A stretch of 64,000 bases of DNA from assembly GCA_020161835.1 (NCBI GenBank), contig JAIUNL010000017.1, positions 36,634 through 100,633 on the forward strand. The letters run 5' to 3'. Below the pieces are notes generated by a model. That model worked only from the letters and a program-made list of their open reading frames with translations. It ran no database searches and was not told the DNA's origin. This DNA comes from Bacteroidota bacterium (GTDB lineage Bacteria; Bacteroidota; JABWAT01). The translations under genes and the position numbers were made by a program. Position 1 is the stretch's first letter, and each line of letters begins with the position of its first letter. Positions 1 to 9,696 of the stretch are shown one piece after another.

Positions 1-1366
1 ACCGACCCCAATTTAAAGTCGGATGGGAATAATTGGATTCAAATTCAATATTGACTGCTTTATTTGAGCCATTCACCCTTTGTTTTGAAAGTCCCGTAAC
101 CAACGATTGATCTGCTCCATAGTTTTTCTGAAAACTGGTTTCATCCCGATTCATCGTTTGATTTTCAACTTCAAAATTACTTGTCCATTCCCTGCCCTTG
201 GTTTCAAATGTTTTTTTATGTTCAATTGAGTATTCAATATTGTGGCCGTCCCGTTCGGCAACAGATTCACGGTTAAAAAACCGGGTTGGTAATCCATCTT
301 CAGCGAATGTGGAATTGATATCACCAGAATTATTGAAAGACATATTGCGGGTTCTCAGGCCGATTGACCAGGTATTCCATGCATCCGGTGAATAATCAAT
401 TCCGGTACGCAGTCCGTTCATGTTCATTGCATTTTTATTTCGGTTATCCTGATCAAGCTCCGATCTCGAAGGAAAGGATGATAGTCTGCGGGACGTTCCT
501 TCAGATCCAAAACGGTTCCACCTGGCATCAAAACTTCCGTAAAAATTCCAGTTATTCATCCGGTAATTCAGATTAACACTCCCATTATAACGATCACCTG
601 TTCCTGCATTAACAGTAACTACTGAATTATAACCAATTTCCTGTTTTTTCTTCAGGACGATATTTACAATTCCGGAAGTCCCTTCCGGATCATATTTGGC
701 AGACGGATTGGTAACCAACTCAATGGCTTCCATTGAACTTGCCGGGATTTGTGCAAGAATTTCACCCGAAGAAACACCTTCCATCGCAGAAGGTCTGCCA
801 TCGATCAGAACTGTGACATTTTTATTGCCTCTGAGTTTTATTCCACCTTCAGCATCAACTGTAATTGCCGGGATTGTTTGCATGATATCAACGGCTGAGC
901 CACCGGTAGCTGCCATATTTTTATCAACATTAATAACCTTTTTATCCAGATTATTGATGATCATTTCCTTATCACCGGTAATCACAACTTCTTTAAGATT
1001 TACGGCTGTTAACTGAAGATAGATAACATCAAGATCAACTTCTGGGCTTTTCGGGTTTAGGGCAATCTGTTTGATCACTCTTGTTTCATACCCGATAAAT
1101 GAAAGTTTTAAATAATATCGGCCAAAGGGAATTTTAGGAAGCAGGAATTTACCATCGTTGCCAGAAATGGTTCCTGTCACCATAACTGAATCCTTCACCC
1201 TGAATAGTACAACATTTCCATATTCAATTGCATGGCGGGTTTCGTTGTCCTTTAAAGTACCGGAAATAGATCCACTTCCACCCATTCCGTTGCCAGATTG
1301 GGGTTGTGAGAGAACAGAGGAAAAAGATAGACAGATAAAAGAGACGAGCAATAGCAGGTTTTTCAT
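1..1366 (-). CDS. TonB-dependent outer-membrane receptor (3' end outside the window)
   Basis: Not in ORF track; read manually from ATG at 1366(-): MKNLLLLVSFICLSFSSVLSQ signal peptide, carboxypeptidase-regulatory-like domain (ISGTLKD...YYLKLSFIGY), plug domain (LRGNKNVTVLIDGRPS...IELVTNPSAKYDPEGTSGIVNIVLKK). Confidence 0.85.
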   Translation of the reverse strand, partial: MKNLLLLVSFICLSFSSVLSQPQSGNGMGGSGSISGTLKDNETRHAIEYGNVVLFRVKDSVMVTGTISGNDGKFLLPKIPFGRYYLKLSFIGYETRVIKQIALNPKSPEVDLDVIYLQLTAVNLKEVVITGDKEMIINNLDKKVINVDKNMAATGGSAVDIMQTIPAITVDAEGGIKLRGNKNVTVLIDGRPSAMEGVSSGEILAQIPASSMEAIELVTNPSAKYDPEGTSGIVNIVLKKKQEIGYNSVVTVNAGTGDRYNGSVNLNYRMNNWNFYGSFDARWNRFGSEGTSRRLSSFPSRSELDQDNRNKNAMNMNGLRTGIDYSPDAWNTWSIGLRTRNMSFNNSGDINSTFAEDGLPTRFFNRESVAERDGHNIEYSIEHKKTFETKGREWTSNFEVENQTMNRDETSFQKNYGADQSLVTGLSKQRVNGSNKAVNIEFESNYSHPTLNWGR

Positions 1367-1608
1367 GATTAGCCTGAATAGTATGGATTTGCGATTAATA
1401 GAAGATAGCTTTGTATTTTTATTCTTTACAAAAATACAAGACTTGGATGAGTGTGAGAGGTCGTGAGTTTAGTGCAAGACAGTCAATATTTGTCATTTAA
1501 AGTAACATCTTAATCTGTGGATTTGGTCAATCATTTCTGGGAACAATTTAAACGGAAATAACGAAGGCATCCAAGTCCAGAAAGCAGTGAGGAATTAACC
1601 GCCATAGC

Positions 1609-3027
1609 TTAATAGGTGTAACGGTCGATGGCATGATTGATCGCTTTTGTGCAAACTTTACAAAAATGATCCGGATTCCGTGAGAACATGATACAATCCA
1701 GTTCGGGGCGATAAAGTCCGTGAGATTCGTATCCGGCACCTTCAAAGGCACCTGTTTGGCCATAAAAACGTTCAGCTTTTAAATGGGCTTCTGTTTTATT
1801 TTTATCTTCCCTGAATAATTTATTCATGGTTGAATCTGCCGCCTTATTCGCTGTCAGCTCAGTTCTTCTTTTTTGGATATCAATTGAAATCTGTTCAAAC
1901 TCAGCTTTTTTCCATGGCGTAGGAAGCGGGGTTCCAGGATTTACAAATTCTTTCCATTTGAGTGCTGATTTATCCAAAAGAGCGGTAATATTGGGTTCCT
2001 GAGGTTCATATTTTTGCTGACTGGATAATTCATAAGCAACATCACTGGTGTAATATTCGTCGCCTAAACTGGCAAAAGAATGTCCGAATTCATGCGTGAA
2101 CACATAAGTGGAGGGTTCAGTATCACTTGTAACAGAGGCATAGAGATTATAAATTCCACCGCCACCATATTTTTTAGAATTACAGACTACAATGACGGCG
2201 TCATACGGAACCTGAGCTGCAAGCTCTCTGATAGTTTTATTTTCAAAAGATAAAACATACCGGTCAGAATCAAACGCATTAAAACGAAACCCCAATAGAT
2301 TATTCATCCACTGGTCTTTTCTAGGATTTGAAATCCCTTCCTGCTCGGAAGAAGCAAATATCAGTCTGACATTAAAATCAGTTTTTCTGCTTTTATAAGG
2401 TTCTACCGAAAACATATACCCAGCAAGCCGGTCAACATCGGATTTAAATTTTGAAAGCTGGTCAGCCGTATAACCATCAGCTAAAATAACGATATCAACT
2501 TTTTGATTTTGAGGACCTGAAACCATCCAGTCTATGACTTTTCCTTTTTGAGGAATTATTGAGCGGTTTATAAAGCGGGAATTGGGTTGGATGTCAAATT
2601 CAGCCAATTGGAGAAAGGATGCATCCGGATTTCGTTTTGAAATGATAAGCTTACTATCCGTTTTGGGTTCTGGAAAACGAACAGATTCATGGAATGTTTT
2701 CCATTTTCCGGCTGAAGCTTCACCGGTCGTTTGCCATTCGCCAAAAATGCTTGAAAATCCGGCTGAAAAAAGAAGTTTACCCGATTCTTTTTCTCTCAAC
2801 TCAGCTTTGTACAATCCCAAATCAAAGTTTTCAACGAGAATTGTTTCAGAACCAGCCCAATTCCCTTCCAAACGAATTTCATCCTGACTGATTTTTTCGA
2901 TTCCTGCAGAACCGGAATGAAAAAAATCAAACCGGAAAGTTTTACCGGTTGACCAGTCAGTTAACCCACCAGCTACCAGATTTGAAACCGAAAACAGGAT
3001 TGCAACAAGAGTATATTGTATTTTCAT
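1609..3027 (-). CDS. M64 family (IgA-protease-like) metallopeptidase, secreted
   Basis: Signal peptide; KVDIVILADGYT, YGGGG, HEFGHSFASLGDEY zinc motif, C-terminal YRP..DCIM...FC.VC. Confidence 0.9.
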   Translation of the reverse strand: MKIQYTLVAILFSVSNLVAGGLTDWSTGKTFRFDFFHSGSAGIEKISQDEIRLEGNWAGSETILVENFDLGLYKAELREKESGKLLFSAGFSSIFGEWQTTGEASAGKWKTFHESVRFPEPKTDSKLIISKRNPDASFLQLAEFDIQPNSRFINRSIIPQKGKVIDWMVSGPQNQKVDIVILADGYTADQLSKFKSDVDRLAGYMFSVEPYKSRKTDFNVRLIFASSEQEGISNPRKDQWMNNLLGFRFNAFDSDRYVLSFENKTIRELAAQVPYDAVIVVCNSKKYGGGGIYNLYASVTSDTEPSTYVFTHEFGHSFASLGDEYYTSDVAYELSSQQKYEPQEPNITALLDKSALKWKEFVNPGTPLPTPWKKAEFEQISIDIQKRRTELTANKAADSTMNKLFREDKNKTEAHLKAERFYGQTGAFEGAGYESHGLYRPELDCIMFSRNPDHFCKVCTKAINHAIDRYTY

Positions 3028-3094
3028 TTTTTTAAATCCATTTTTGGCAAATTAAGCCTAAATTCAGAACAACTCAAACAGGAATTATGCAGAT

Positions 3095-3643
3095 ATGTCA
3101 GTTTCTGACTTTTCATTAACCCCTCTTCTTCCGGTTTTTCAGTTTTGTCCACAATGCGGGGAGAAATCATTTAAACCCAATTCAGAAAAATCATTTGGAT
3201 GTACAAATTGTGGTCATTTGTATTACATTAACCCCGGGGGTGCGGTAGCCGGGTTAATAGCCGATCTGGATGGAAGACTTTTGTTAGTGAAACGGGCAGG
3301 AAATCCGGGAAAAGGACTATTGGATTTACCAGGTGGCTTTGTTGACCTGGGTGAACGGGCTGAAGATGCACTTAGACGTGAAATAAAAGAAGAACTCAAC
3401 CTTGAAATAAGGAAAATGGTTTACCTTACTACTTTTCCAAACCGGTATTTTTACAAAAATGTTCAGTATTTCACTCTTGATCTGGCTTTTATTTGCATTC
3501 CCGAATCGATTGAAACAATCAAAGCTGCAGACGATGTTGCTGGTTTTGAATTTTTTCAACCTGATCTGATTCAGTTGAACGAAATTGCCTTTGAATCAAT
3601 CAGGAATATGGTAAAACTTTATATCAACCGGACAAAATCATAA
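3095..3643 (+). CDS. NUDIX hydrolase with N-terminal zinc ribbon
   Basis: CPQCG...CTNCG; Nudix box GGFVDLGERAEDALRREIKEELNL. Confidence 0.9.
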   Translation: MSVSDFSLTPLLPVFQFCPQCGEKSFKPNSEKSFGCTNCGHLYYINPGGAVAGLIADLDGRLLLVKRAGNPGKGLLDLPGGFVDLGERAEDALRREIKEELNLEIRKMVYLTTFPNRYFYKNVQYFTLDLAFICIPESIETIKAADDVAGFEFFQPDLIQLNEIAFESIRNMVKLYINRTKS

Positions 3644-3655
3644 GGGCATTAATTC

Positions 3656-3689
3656 AAACACCGGAATTCAAAGTTGTCATCCGGTGTTT
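3656..3689. terminator. Hairpin between convergent genes, probable intrinsic terminator
   Basis: AAACACCGGA...TCCGGTGTTT inverted repeat between the NUDIX and DUF2892 stops. Confidence 0.55.
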
Positions 3690-3710
3690 AATAAAAAAAA
3701 GCTTGATCAA

Positions 3711-3899
3711 CTATTTTTTCTTTTCAACAGTTGAAATTCCGAAAGGAAGAAATGCCGGACAAAAACCTACGACAGCGGTTAGAATGGGAACAAGACCAAC
3801 TAAGCCCCACCAGCTTTGATAAAATAATCCAGCTGCAATAATAACAACACCCAAAATATATCTGATTACCTTGTCAGTTGATCCAACATTTTTTACCAT
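3711..3899 (-). CDS. DUF2892 / YgaP-like small membrane protein
   Basis: NVGSTDKVIR...GLVPILTAVVGFCP..LPFGIST signature; AGGAG upstream. Confidence 0.85.
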   Translation of the reverse strand: MVKNVGSTDKVIRYILGVVIIAAGLFYQSWWGLVGLVPILTAVVGFCPAFLPFGISTVEKKK

Positions 3900-3993
3900 T
3901 TTCGACTCCTTTTAAGTAGTTTTTGTTTGATGGAAGATAAGAAAAATGGTGTCAGAAATATAGGGACACAACCATTTTTTAATAAAGGAAAAT

Positions 3994-4317
3994 ATGCAAA
4001 CCAGAAAAGAACGCCTTTTAGAATTCCTAGCCAAAGATCCCAATGATTCCTTTACCCGGTATGCATTGGCATTGGAATTGGCTGGTGAAGGTCAAACTGA
4101 AGAGGCAATTCTGACTTTTCAATTGCTTTTGGAAATGAACCCAGAATACGTAGGAACCTATTACCAATTGGCAAAACTGCTTGAAAAAACAGGTCAAAAT
4201 GATAAGGCACTTGGAATTTATAAAGCTGGAATTGCAGTGGCGGGAAAAGCCGGCAATCAACATGCAAAAAGTGAATTGCAATCTGCTTTGGTAAATCTTG
4301 AAATTGGAGATATATAA
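3994..4317 (+). CDS. Tetratricopeptide-repeat protein
   Basis: DPNDSFTRYALALE, PEYVGTYYQLAKLLE TPR helices. Confidence 0.8.
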   Translation: MQTRKERLLEFLAKDPNDSFTRYALALELAGEGQTEEAILTFQLLLEMNPEYVGTYYQLAKLLEKTGQNDKALGIYKAGIAVAGKAGNQHAKSELQSALVNLEIGDI

Positions 4318-4351
4318 ACAAAAAAGGCGGAAAATTCCGCCTTTTTTGTTT
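4316..4351. terminator. Bidirectional intrinsic terminator
   Basis: AAACAAAAAAGGCGGAA-aa-TTCCGCCTTTTTTGTTT between convergent TPR and PPIase genes. Confidence 0.85.
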
Positions 4352-4371
4352 AATCCAATAAAAGTATAAGA

Positions 4372-5301
4372 TTATTTTGAATCTTCCGGGCGGAGAATTT
4401 TATATTCGGCTTTTAATTCTGTTATCAATTTTTCAAATGCTTTTGATTTCGTCAGATTAAGAGCAGCCTTTTTAATTGATTCTTCAGGTACAACAGTCTC
4501 CCGACGATCTTCAACTTTGATGATATGAAGTCCGAATTGAGTACGAAGAATGCCAGAAACCTCCCCTTTGGGTAATGAAAAGGCAACTTCTTCAAATTCA
4601 GGAACCATGGTACCACGTTTGAAATAACCAAGATCACCACCAAACTTTGCTGATCCATCTTCAGAATATTTCTTGGCCATTGCAGCAAAGTTTTTACCGC
4701 CAGCAGCCTTGATTTCTTTTTCAATTCCTTCAAGTTTTATTCCAACTTTTTGAATTTCGGAAGCCGGTGCATCAGGAGTAACTTTTAAAAGAATATGTGA
4801 AGCTTTTACTTCAAAATTTTTCATTACTTTTCTGGCAGAATCCAGAGCTGAAGAATCTGCAACTGTTATTTTCTCATCTAAAGTAGCTTTCAGGTATTTG
4901 CCAATCATCGATTGTTCCTGAACATCACGTTGCCAGTCTTCAAATGTCATACCTGCTTCTTTCAACTTTTTGTTGAGAAGGGAGTCTGAACCAATTTGAC
5001 CTTTGAACATGGTAATGAAACGGTTTACTTCTGTTGAATCAAAAACAAATCCTTCTTTTTGGGCGCGTAAGGCTAAAAGAGCATTTTTAACCATACCATC
5101 AATAATTTGCTCTCTGATCTTGATGCTGTCATCAGCATTGTGGGTGCCCATTTGTTCAAGATAGTTTTTTACAGCCGCGTCAACACGAACTTTCTTAATG
5201 GGAACGGTGTCGACTCTGAGCAATTCCTCATCTTTAAGTTTATCAGAACAGGAATAACCGGTAAGTATTGCAGCTGCAATAATCAAATAAATTCTTTTCA
5301 T
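4372..5301 (-). CDS. Parvulin-type peptidyl-prolyl isomerase lipoprotein (PrsA/SurA-like); start at 5301 rather than 5466
   Basis: MKRIYLIIAAAILTGYSC lipoprotein signal; ASHILLK, FAAMAKKYSED, GGDLGYF..G.MVPEFEEVAF, TQFGLHII. Confidence 0.9.
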   Translation of the reverse strand: MKRIYLIIAAAILTGYSCSDKLKDEELLRVDTVPIKKVRVDAAVKNYLEQMGTHNADDSIKIREQIIDGMVKNALLALRAQKEGFVFDSTEVNRFITMFKGQIGSDSLLNKKLKEAGMTFEDWQRDVQEQSMIGKYLKATLDEKITVADSSALDSARKVMKNFEVKASHILLKVTPDAPASEIQKVGIKLEGIEKEIKAAGGKNFAAMAKKYSEDGSAKFGGDLGYFKRGTMVPEFEEVAFSLPKGEVSGILRTQFGLHIIKVEDRRETVVPEESIKKAALNLTKSKAFEKLITELKAEYKILRPEDSK

Positions 5302-5329
5302 GGAGTGTCCTATTGGTAAAATTGAACGG

Positions 5330-5337
5330 CAAAAATA
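5330..5337 (-). promoter_or_regulatory. Bacteroidota-type -7 box for the PPIase gene
   Basis: TATTTTTG on minus strand (TAnnTTTG consensus) 28 nt upstream of ATG 5301. Confidence 0.55.
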
Positions 5338-5370
5338 GGCAAGTGAATAACGGAATGAAAATAAAAGGGC

Positions 5371-5527
5371 AAAAAAAAGGGGAAGGCGTCCCCATACCTT
5401 CCCCCTGACAGGCGGAATAGAGCGTCCCCACACTCTATTCCTTCGAGCGAAGTAAGGAGTCCCCATTCCTTACTTCTCAATGTGGTCTCCAGAAAGTGGG
5501 TATCTGGTCAGACCAAAACAATTTGTT
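5371..5527 (-). ncRNA. Candidate multi-hairpin small RNA with three UGGGGAC loops and an intrinsic terminator
   Basis: Four hairpins (5483-5515, 5449-5476, 5414-5441, 5379-5404); the last three have perfect, mutually unrelated stems around the same loop core; last stem followed by U8 (5371-5378); promoter upstream. 5' end estimated. Confidence 0.65.
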
Positions 5528-5532
5528 AACAG

Positions 5533-5563
5533 CAAAGTTACAATGGTGCAGAAGTCAAGTCAA
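5533..5563 (-). promoter_or_regulatory. Bacteroidota-type sigma70 promoter for the candidate sRNA
   Basis: TTG (5563-5561), 20-nt spacer, TAACTTTG (5540-5533) on the minus strand. Confidence 0.6.
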
Positions 5564-5608
5564 TAGTGCTGAGATTAGAAATTAATTGATATGAGCCTGT
5601 TTACTAAA

Positions 5609-6019
5609 TTAAAGAGAAACTTCGCCTCTCCAAACTTTATAACCGCCGCCAAGAAAATAAACCTTCGGGAATCCCTTCCTCGCAAGTTTGGTGGCAATTT
5701 TCTTGCTTCTGGAACCCGTTTCACAATAAATAACAATTGGTTTTTCACGGAAGTTTTTAATCAGAATATCATCGGCTTTAAACTTACGGTAATCGACATT
5801 AACACTGCCACCAATTTTGCCGATTTTAAGTTCAACGTCTGTTCTTACATCCAAAAGCAAAAAATCACGGTTTGCTTTATTTGATTTCAGGTATTCTTTT
5901 AATTCTGAAACATTGATTTTTTCGACATGACCACCGATTAATCGGATGTAAATCATATCAGCAGATTTGGAAAGGATAAGAAGCCCAATAACGAGAACAA
6001 GAATCAGGTCAATTGACAT
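5609..6019 (-). CDS. Rhodanese-like domain protein with N-terminal membrane anchor
   Basis: LLDVRT..E...GKI.GS.N; IVIYCETGSRS; LGGGYKVW. Confidence 0.85.
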   Translation of the reverse strand: MSIDLILVLVIGLLILSKSADMIYIRLIGGHVEKINVSELKEYLKSNKANRDFLLLDVRTDVELKIGKIGGSVNVDYRKFKADDILIKNFREKPIVIYCETGSRSKKIATKLARKGFPKVYFLGGGYKVWRGEVSL

Positions 6020-6054
6020 GGTATTTCAATCAGAATGAGTTAATAATAAATGAG

Positions 6055-8952
6055 TCACAAAGATAACGTTTCAGGAGCAAATTTTTTAATAATTGGTTCG
6101 ATAACCTCAATTCTGCGTTTGAATTCCTGCAAAAGATGGGTTTTTCTCAACATAAAATCACTGGTTTCTGCAAGTGTTTTAAAATTATACACGGGCATAT
6201 CAGGAATATTCAGCAGAAACTGCTGGTTTTTTCCGGTGGTAATCCGTGAATCAAGAACGACAACAACACCCAAATCCTTCCGTGCTCTGATGAGCCGGCC
6301 AACTCCCTGTCTGAATTTCAATTTGGCTACGCCGTTATAATAAGACCAAAATGACTGTCCTTCGACAACCTGACGGTGTTTCATTTCAGGATCATCAGCG
6401 GGCACAAACGGAAGTTTAACAATGATGACCTGCGAAAGCGTTGAACCCGGAAAGTCAACACCCGTCCACATGCGATCGACACCAATCAGAACCGAATGTT
6501 CATTTTCGGCAAACTGATTCATGATGTCTACACTTGCACCTTCCTGTTTGAAAACCATAATTCCTGCTGATTCAAGCGGATCAGCAATTTCCCTGAATAT
6601 TGAATCCATCTGATCATAAGATGTACATAAAATCAGTGTACGCCCATTTGCCGCCGCAGAAAGGTAGCCACAAGCTTTTACAACTTCCTGGTTCCAAATA
6701 ATTCGTGCCCGGTAATCGTTGTGATTGTAGGGTGGAATCCAGCCGGCAACCATCAAGGCTGATTGTTCAGGATAGTTAAATGGAGAAGGTATAGTGATTT
6801 CTTCATAATCACCGGCCTTTAATCCCAACTCCTTCGTAAAAAAATCGAATTCCTTATCAAGAGTCATAGTTGCTGAAGTAAATATCCAACAGGGAGAATG
6901 TTCTTCGACCCACTCTTTAAACCGTTCATGAAGATAAACAGCCCTTTTCCCGACAACCCAATCAGTGTCTTTAACTGTTGCAAAATGGCAGTATGTTTTG
7001 CTCAGGTAATCTCTTGAAAATAATGAAAATGAAGCAGCCAGGTTTTCGAGCCGGAAAGAAAAAACTGAAAATAAAGATTGTGCTCTTTGGGGTACCTGAA
7101 ACCCTTCTTCCTGTTTCAGTTCCTGAACAAGTTGGTTCAAGCCCTGAACAGGTTCACTTAACTCGTTGAAAAGCTGTTTTAATTCAAATTCCGAAGATAT
7201 CTCACTTGAATCAGGAAGGTAAAATCCAGGTTTGTTTCTTGCCAGATTCTGCAACTTCCGGGTAACACCTGCAAAACCGACGTCAATCCGCCGGAACAAT
7301 TCGTCAATGTCGAGAAGTTTTGCGTCACTTCCTGCCATTTTCACCTGACTTCTCCAGCCAGGTTTTCCCCTTTTGCCAAGTGCACCGCTAAGGAGTTTTC
7401 GTACTTCCCAGGCATTTATTTCAACCGACAAACTTCCTTTAAAATAAGCGGGAAAAAGGTCAGCTTCATCAATGATAACTGCATGACAGGTATCCATCAA
7501 AAATTGTGGCATATTAAAGAATTTGGCGTGATTCACAATGACGAGCTGACTTCGTTCAGCTTCTCTCACACTCTGATCATAAACACAATTTCCGGCATAG
7601 TCACATGAACCTTTAAAACACACAATGTCGGCCCTGACCTGCTCCAGAAATTCAACTAAATCAGGAAATCTCTGAAATACTTCCTGTGGTATGCTTTCAA
7701 GATCTGCAGAATGTCGGTAAGCAGCCAGATGTACCAAATACAGAGAAAGAAAGTAATCTTCACGTGCATACTGAAATAAATCTTCATCCCAATGCTGAAC
7801 AAGTTTCCTTTTTAAGTGTCCGAGGCAGACATAATTTGACTTCCCTTTCAGCACCGAAACCTGAATTTCTTTGAATGCAGCCGGGAAAAACTGACGCACA
7901 CGATGAATTTCTTTTCCAAAAATCTGATGCTGGAGATTTTTCATTGCTGTCGAAACAATGAGTCGCTTACCTGGGTTTAGACGAAGGAATTCCATTGCCG
8001 GAAGCAAATAACCCAATGTTTTTCCGGTTCCGGTGCCAGCTTCAATTAAAAGTCCTGACCGGTTATTTATCGTATCAGCAATTTTAAGGGCATAATCAAT
8101 TTGTTGCTCCCGCCGGTCAAAAGTTCCTTCTGTTTTTCCCAATTTCCCTGATTCAAAATAATCACGGATGTTAACCGGATTTATTGGTCTAAACGAGTTT
8201 AAATCTGAAGCCTCCGCCGGAATAGTCAAGGGAATACTTTTTAACTTGAGGATAGTTTTGAAATAAAGTTCAATGGCAGATCTTTTTTCAGGAACGGAAA
8301 GAAGCAAATCGGGCTGTTCAATAAGAAGTCCGGGAAACTGTTCTAATCCTGGAATCAGTTTCGAGAAGAAAAACAACAGCGGATCAGGTGAATTTATAGA
8401 TTTACAGTGCGAAATGAAAAACCTGATTTTTTCATCAGATTGAAACCTGAAATAACAGGTTTTAAGAAATTGAATCAGGATATCAAGACAGGATTGCATA
8501 TCAAGTCTTGGATGCGCCTGTATATTTCCTGACAATTTGGTTATGTGACGGAGGGTATATTTTTCGAGATAAGGAAAAAGCAACTGGGCGGCAAGTTTCA
8601 GATTCAGTGTCTTTGCGAATAAATTTGGCGGCAAATGTGTTTTTAAAAAACCGGTTTCTTTCTCATTCCCAAAATAAAAGATAAAATCTGATTCAGAAAG
8701 CAAGCTTAGAATTTCTGGCAATACCTCTTTAAAGGAAAGCTTCCCTGAAAGTTCAAAAGTTGATATTCCCGATTCTTTGCTAAGGATATCACCAATAGGT
8801 CTGGAAACTGAAAAAAGCCAGCCATTGGTTATGATAGATTTCATTTCAGTTGAAAGAGTTCTGATTTCAAACTGAAAACAGTCATCATATCTCTGTGATG
8901 GACCTGTGGTAAACAAATGAAGAATTGAAATCCGGCAGGGGCTGATTGACAT
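6055..8952 (-). CDS. DinG-family ATP-dependent helicase with degenerate N-terminal exonuclease-like domain (start probably ATG 8952)
   Basis: Q motif RREQQ, EAGTGTGKT, LKGKSNYVC plus C..GSC...NC Fe-S cysteines, IIDEAD, TSAT, WTGVDFPG, QGVGRLIR. Confidence 0.9.
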   Translation of the reverse strand: MSISPCRISILHLFTTGPSQRYDDCFQFEIRTLSTEMKSIITNGWLFSVSRPIGDILSKESGISTFELSGKLSFKEVLPEILSLLSESDFIFYFGNEKETGFLKTHLPPNLFAKTLNLKLAAQLLFPYLEKYTLRHITKLSGNIQAHPRLDMQSCLDILIQFLKTCYFRFQSDEKIRFFISHCKSINSPDPLLFFFSKLIPGLEQFPGLLIEQPDLLLSVPEKRSAIELYFKTILKLKSIPLTIPAEASDLNSFRPINPVNIRDYFESGKLGKTEGTFDRREQQIDYALKIADTINNRSGLLIEAGTGTGKTLGYLLPAMEFLRLNPGKRLIVSTAMKNLQHQIFGKEIHRVRQFFPAAFKEIQVSVLKGKSNYVCLGHLKRKLVQHWDEDLFQYAREDYFLSLYLVHLAAYRHSADLESIPQEVFQRFPDLVEFLEQVRADIVCFKGSCDYAGNCVYDQSVREAERSQLVIVNHAKFFNMPQFLMDTCHAVIIDEADLFPAYFKGSLSVEINAWEVRKLLSGALGKRGKPGWRSQVKMAGSDAKLLDIDELFRRIDVGFAGVTRKLQNLARNKPGFYLPDSSEISSEFELKQLFNELSEPVQGLNQLVQELKQEEGFQVPQRAQSLFSVFSFRLENLAASFSLFSRDYLSKTYCHFATVKDTDWVVGKRAVYLHERFKEWVEEHSPCWIFTSATMTLDKEFDFFTKELGLKAGDYEEITIPSPFNYPEQSALMVAGWIPPYNHNDYRARIIWNQEVVKACGYLSAAANGRTLILCTSYDQMDSIFREIADPLESAGIMVFKQEGASVDIMNQFAENEHSVLIGVDRMWTGVDFPGSTLSQVIIVKLPFVPADDPEMKHRQVVEGQSFWSYYNGVAKLKFRQGVGRLIRARKDLGVVVVLDSRITTGKNQQFLLNIPDMPVYNFKTLAETSDFMLRKTHLLQEFKRRIEVIEPIIKKFAPETLSL

Positions 8953-9100
8953 GGTTGATCTGGATCGCTTCAGGTAAATGAATGGCACAAAAATAACATT
9001 TTTAATGCTTAGACGGAATTTACTGCGGGGAAATGGAATTAAATCACGAAAATGGGTAATTTGCAAGAATTAATTTTAACCTTTAAACAACACCTTTCTT

Positions 9101-9637
9101 ATGATGACTCTTCCCCGTCTTCTTTTTCTCATTCTTCTTTTTTCTTTGAATATCATTGTAGATCAAATTTCAAAATGGATTGCAATGACACACCTTGATT
9201 ACAGTGTAGTTCATTCTTTCTGGTATGATACCGTCAGAATAGTTTATGTTGAAAATACGGGTGTAGCTTTTTCACTCGGATCTGACTGGTCGCCTGAAGT
9301 CAGATTTCTTGTTTTTAATCTGGTTGTTCTTGCAGTGTTGCTTGGATTACTTTTTTATCTGATTAAAACCCATAAAGAACAATCTTTTGCTAAATTGATT
9401 GCATTCACCTTGATTCTGGCTGGTGGCTTCGGAAATCTGATTGACAGATTTTTCAGGGAAGGTGCAGTTGTCGATTTCTTAAATGTTGGAATCGGGTTTG
9501 TACGGACGGCTATTTTTAACCATGCAGATATGTGTATCACCACCGGTCTGATTATTCTGATTATCATTTCAATCAGGGAGTCGTTCAGAAAACCGGAAGT
9601 GGTTTTGGAAGAAGCGAAAGAAGAGGTTAATGGTTAA
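9101..9637 (+). CDS. lspA: Lipoprotein signal peptidase II
   Basis: DQISK, NTGVAFS, GGFGNLIDR, VVDF, FNHAD motifs; four TM segments. Confidence 0.92.
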   Translation: MMTLPRLLFLILLFSLNIIVDQISKWIAMTHLDYSVVHSFWYDTVRIVYVENTGVAFSLGSDWSPEVRFLVFNLVVLAVLLGLLFYLIKTHKEQSFAKLIAFTLILAGGFGNLIDRFFREGAVVDFLNVGIGFVRTAIFNHADMCITTGLIILIIISIRESFRKPEVVLEEAKEEVNG

Positions 9638-9696
9638 TGTTCAGTACTTTAAACAGAATAAAAATTAGGTCAAAAATATATTTAGTGTGATTCACA

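Noticed and set aside
5302-5466. 55-aa N-terminal extension of the PPIase in the ORF track
   Set aside because: It translates the hairpin array (VWGR repeats); the lipoprotein signal and a promoter box place the start at 5301
5379-5476. Regularly spaced GTCCCCA motifs as a mini-CRISPR array
   Set aside because: Only 7-8 nt are shared, the intervening sequences are self-complementary stems rather than spacers, and there are no cas genes in the window
9505-9530. FNHAD variant of the LspA FNxAD motif as a sign of inactivity
   Set aside because: Both catalytic aspartates are present and the x position is variable
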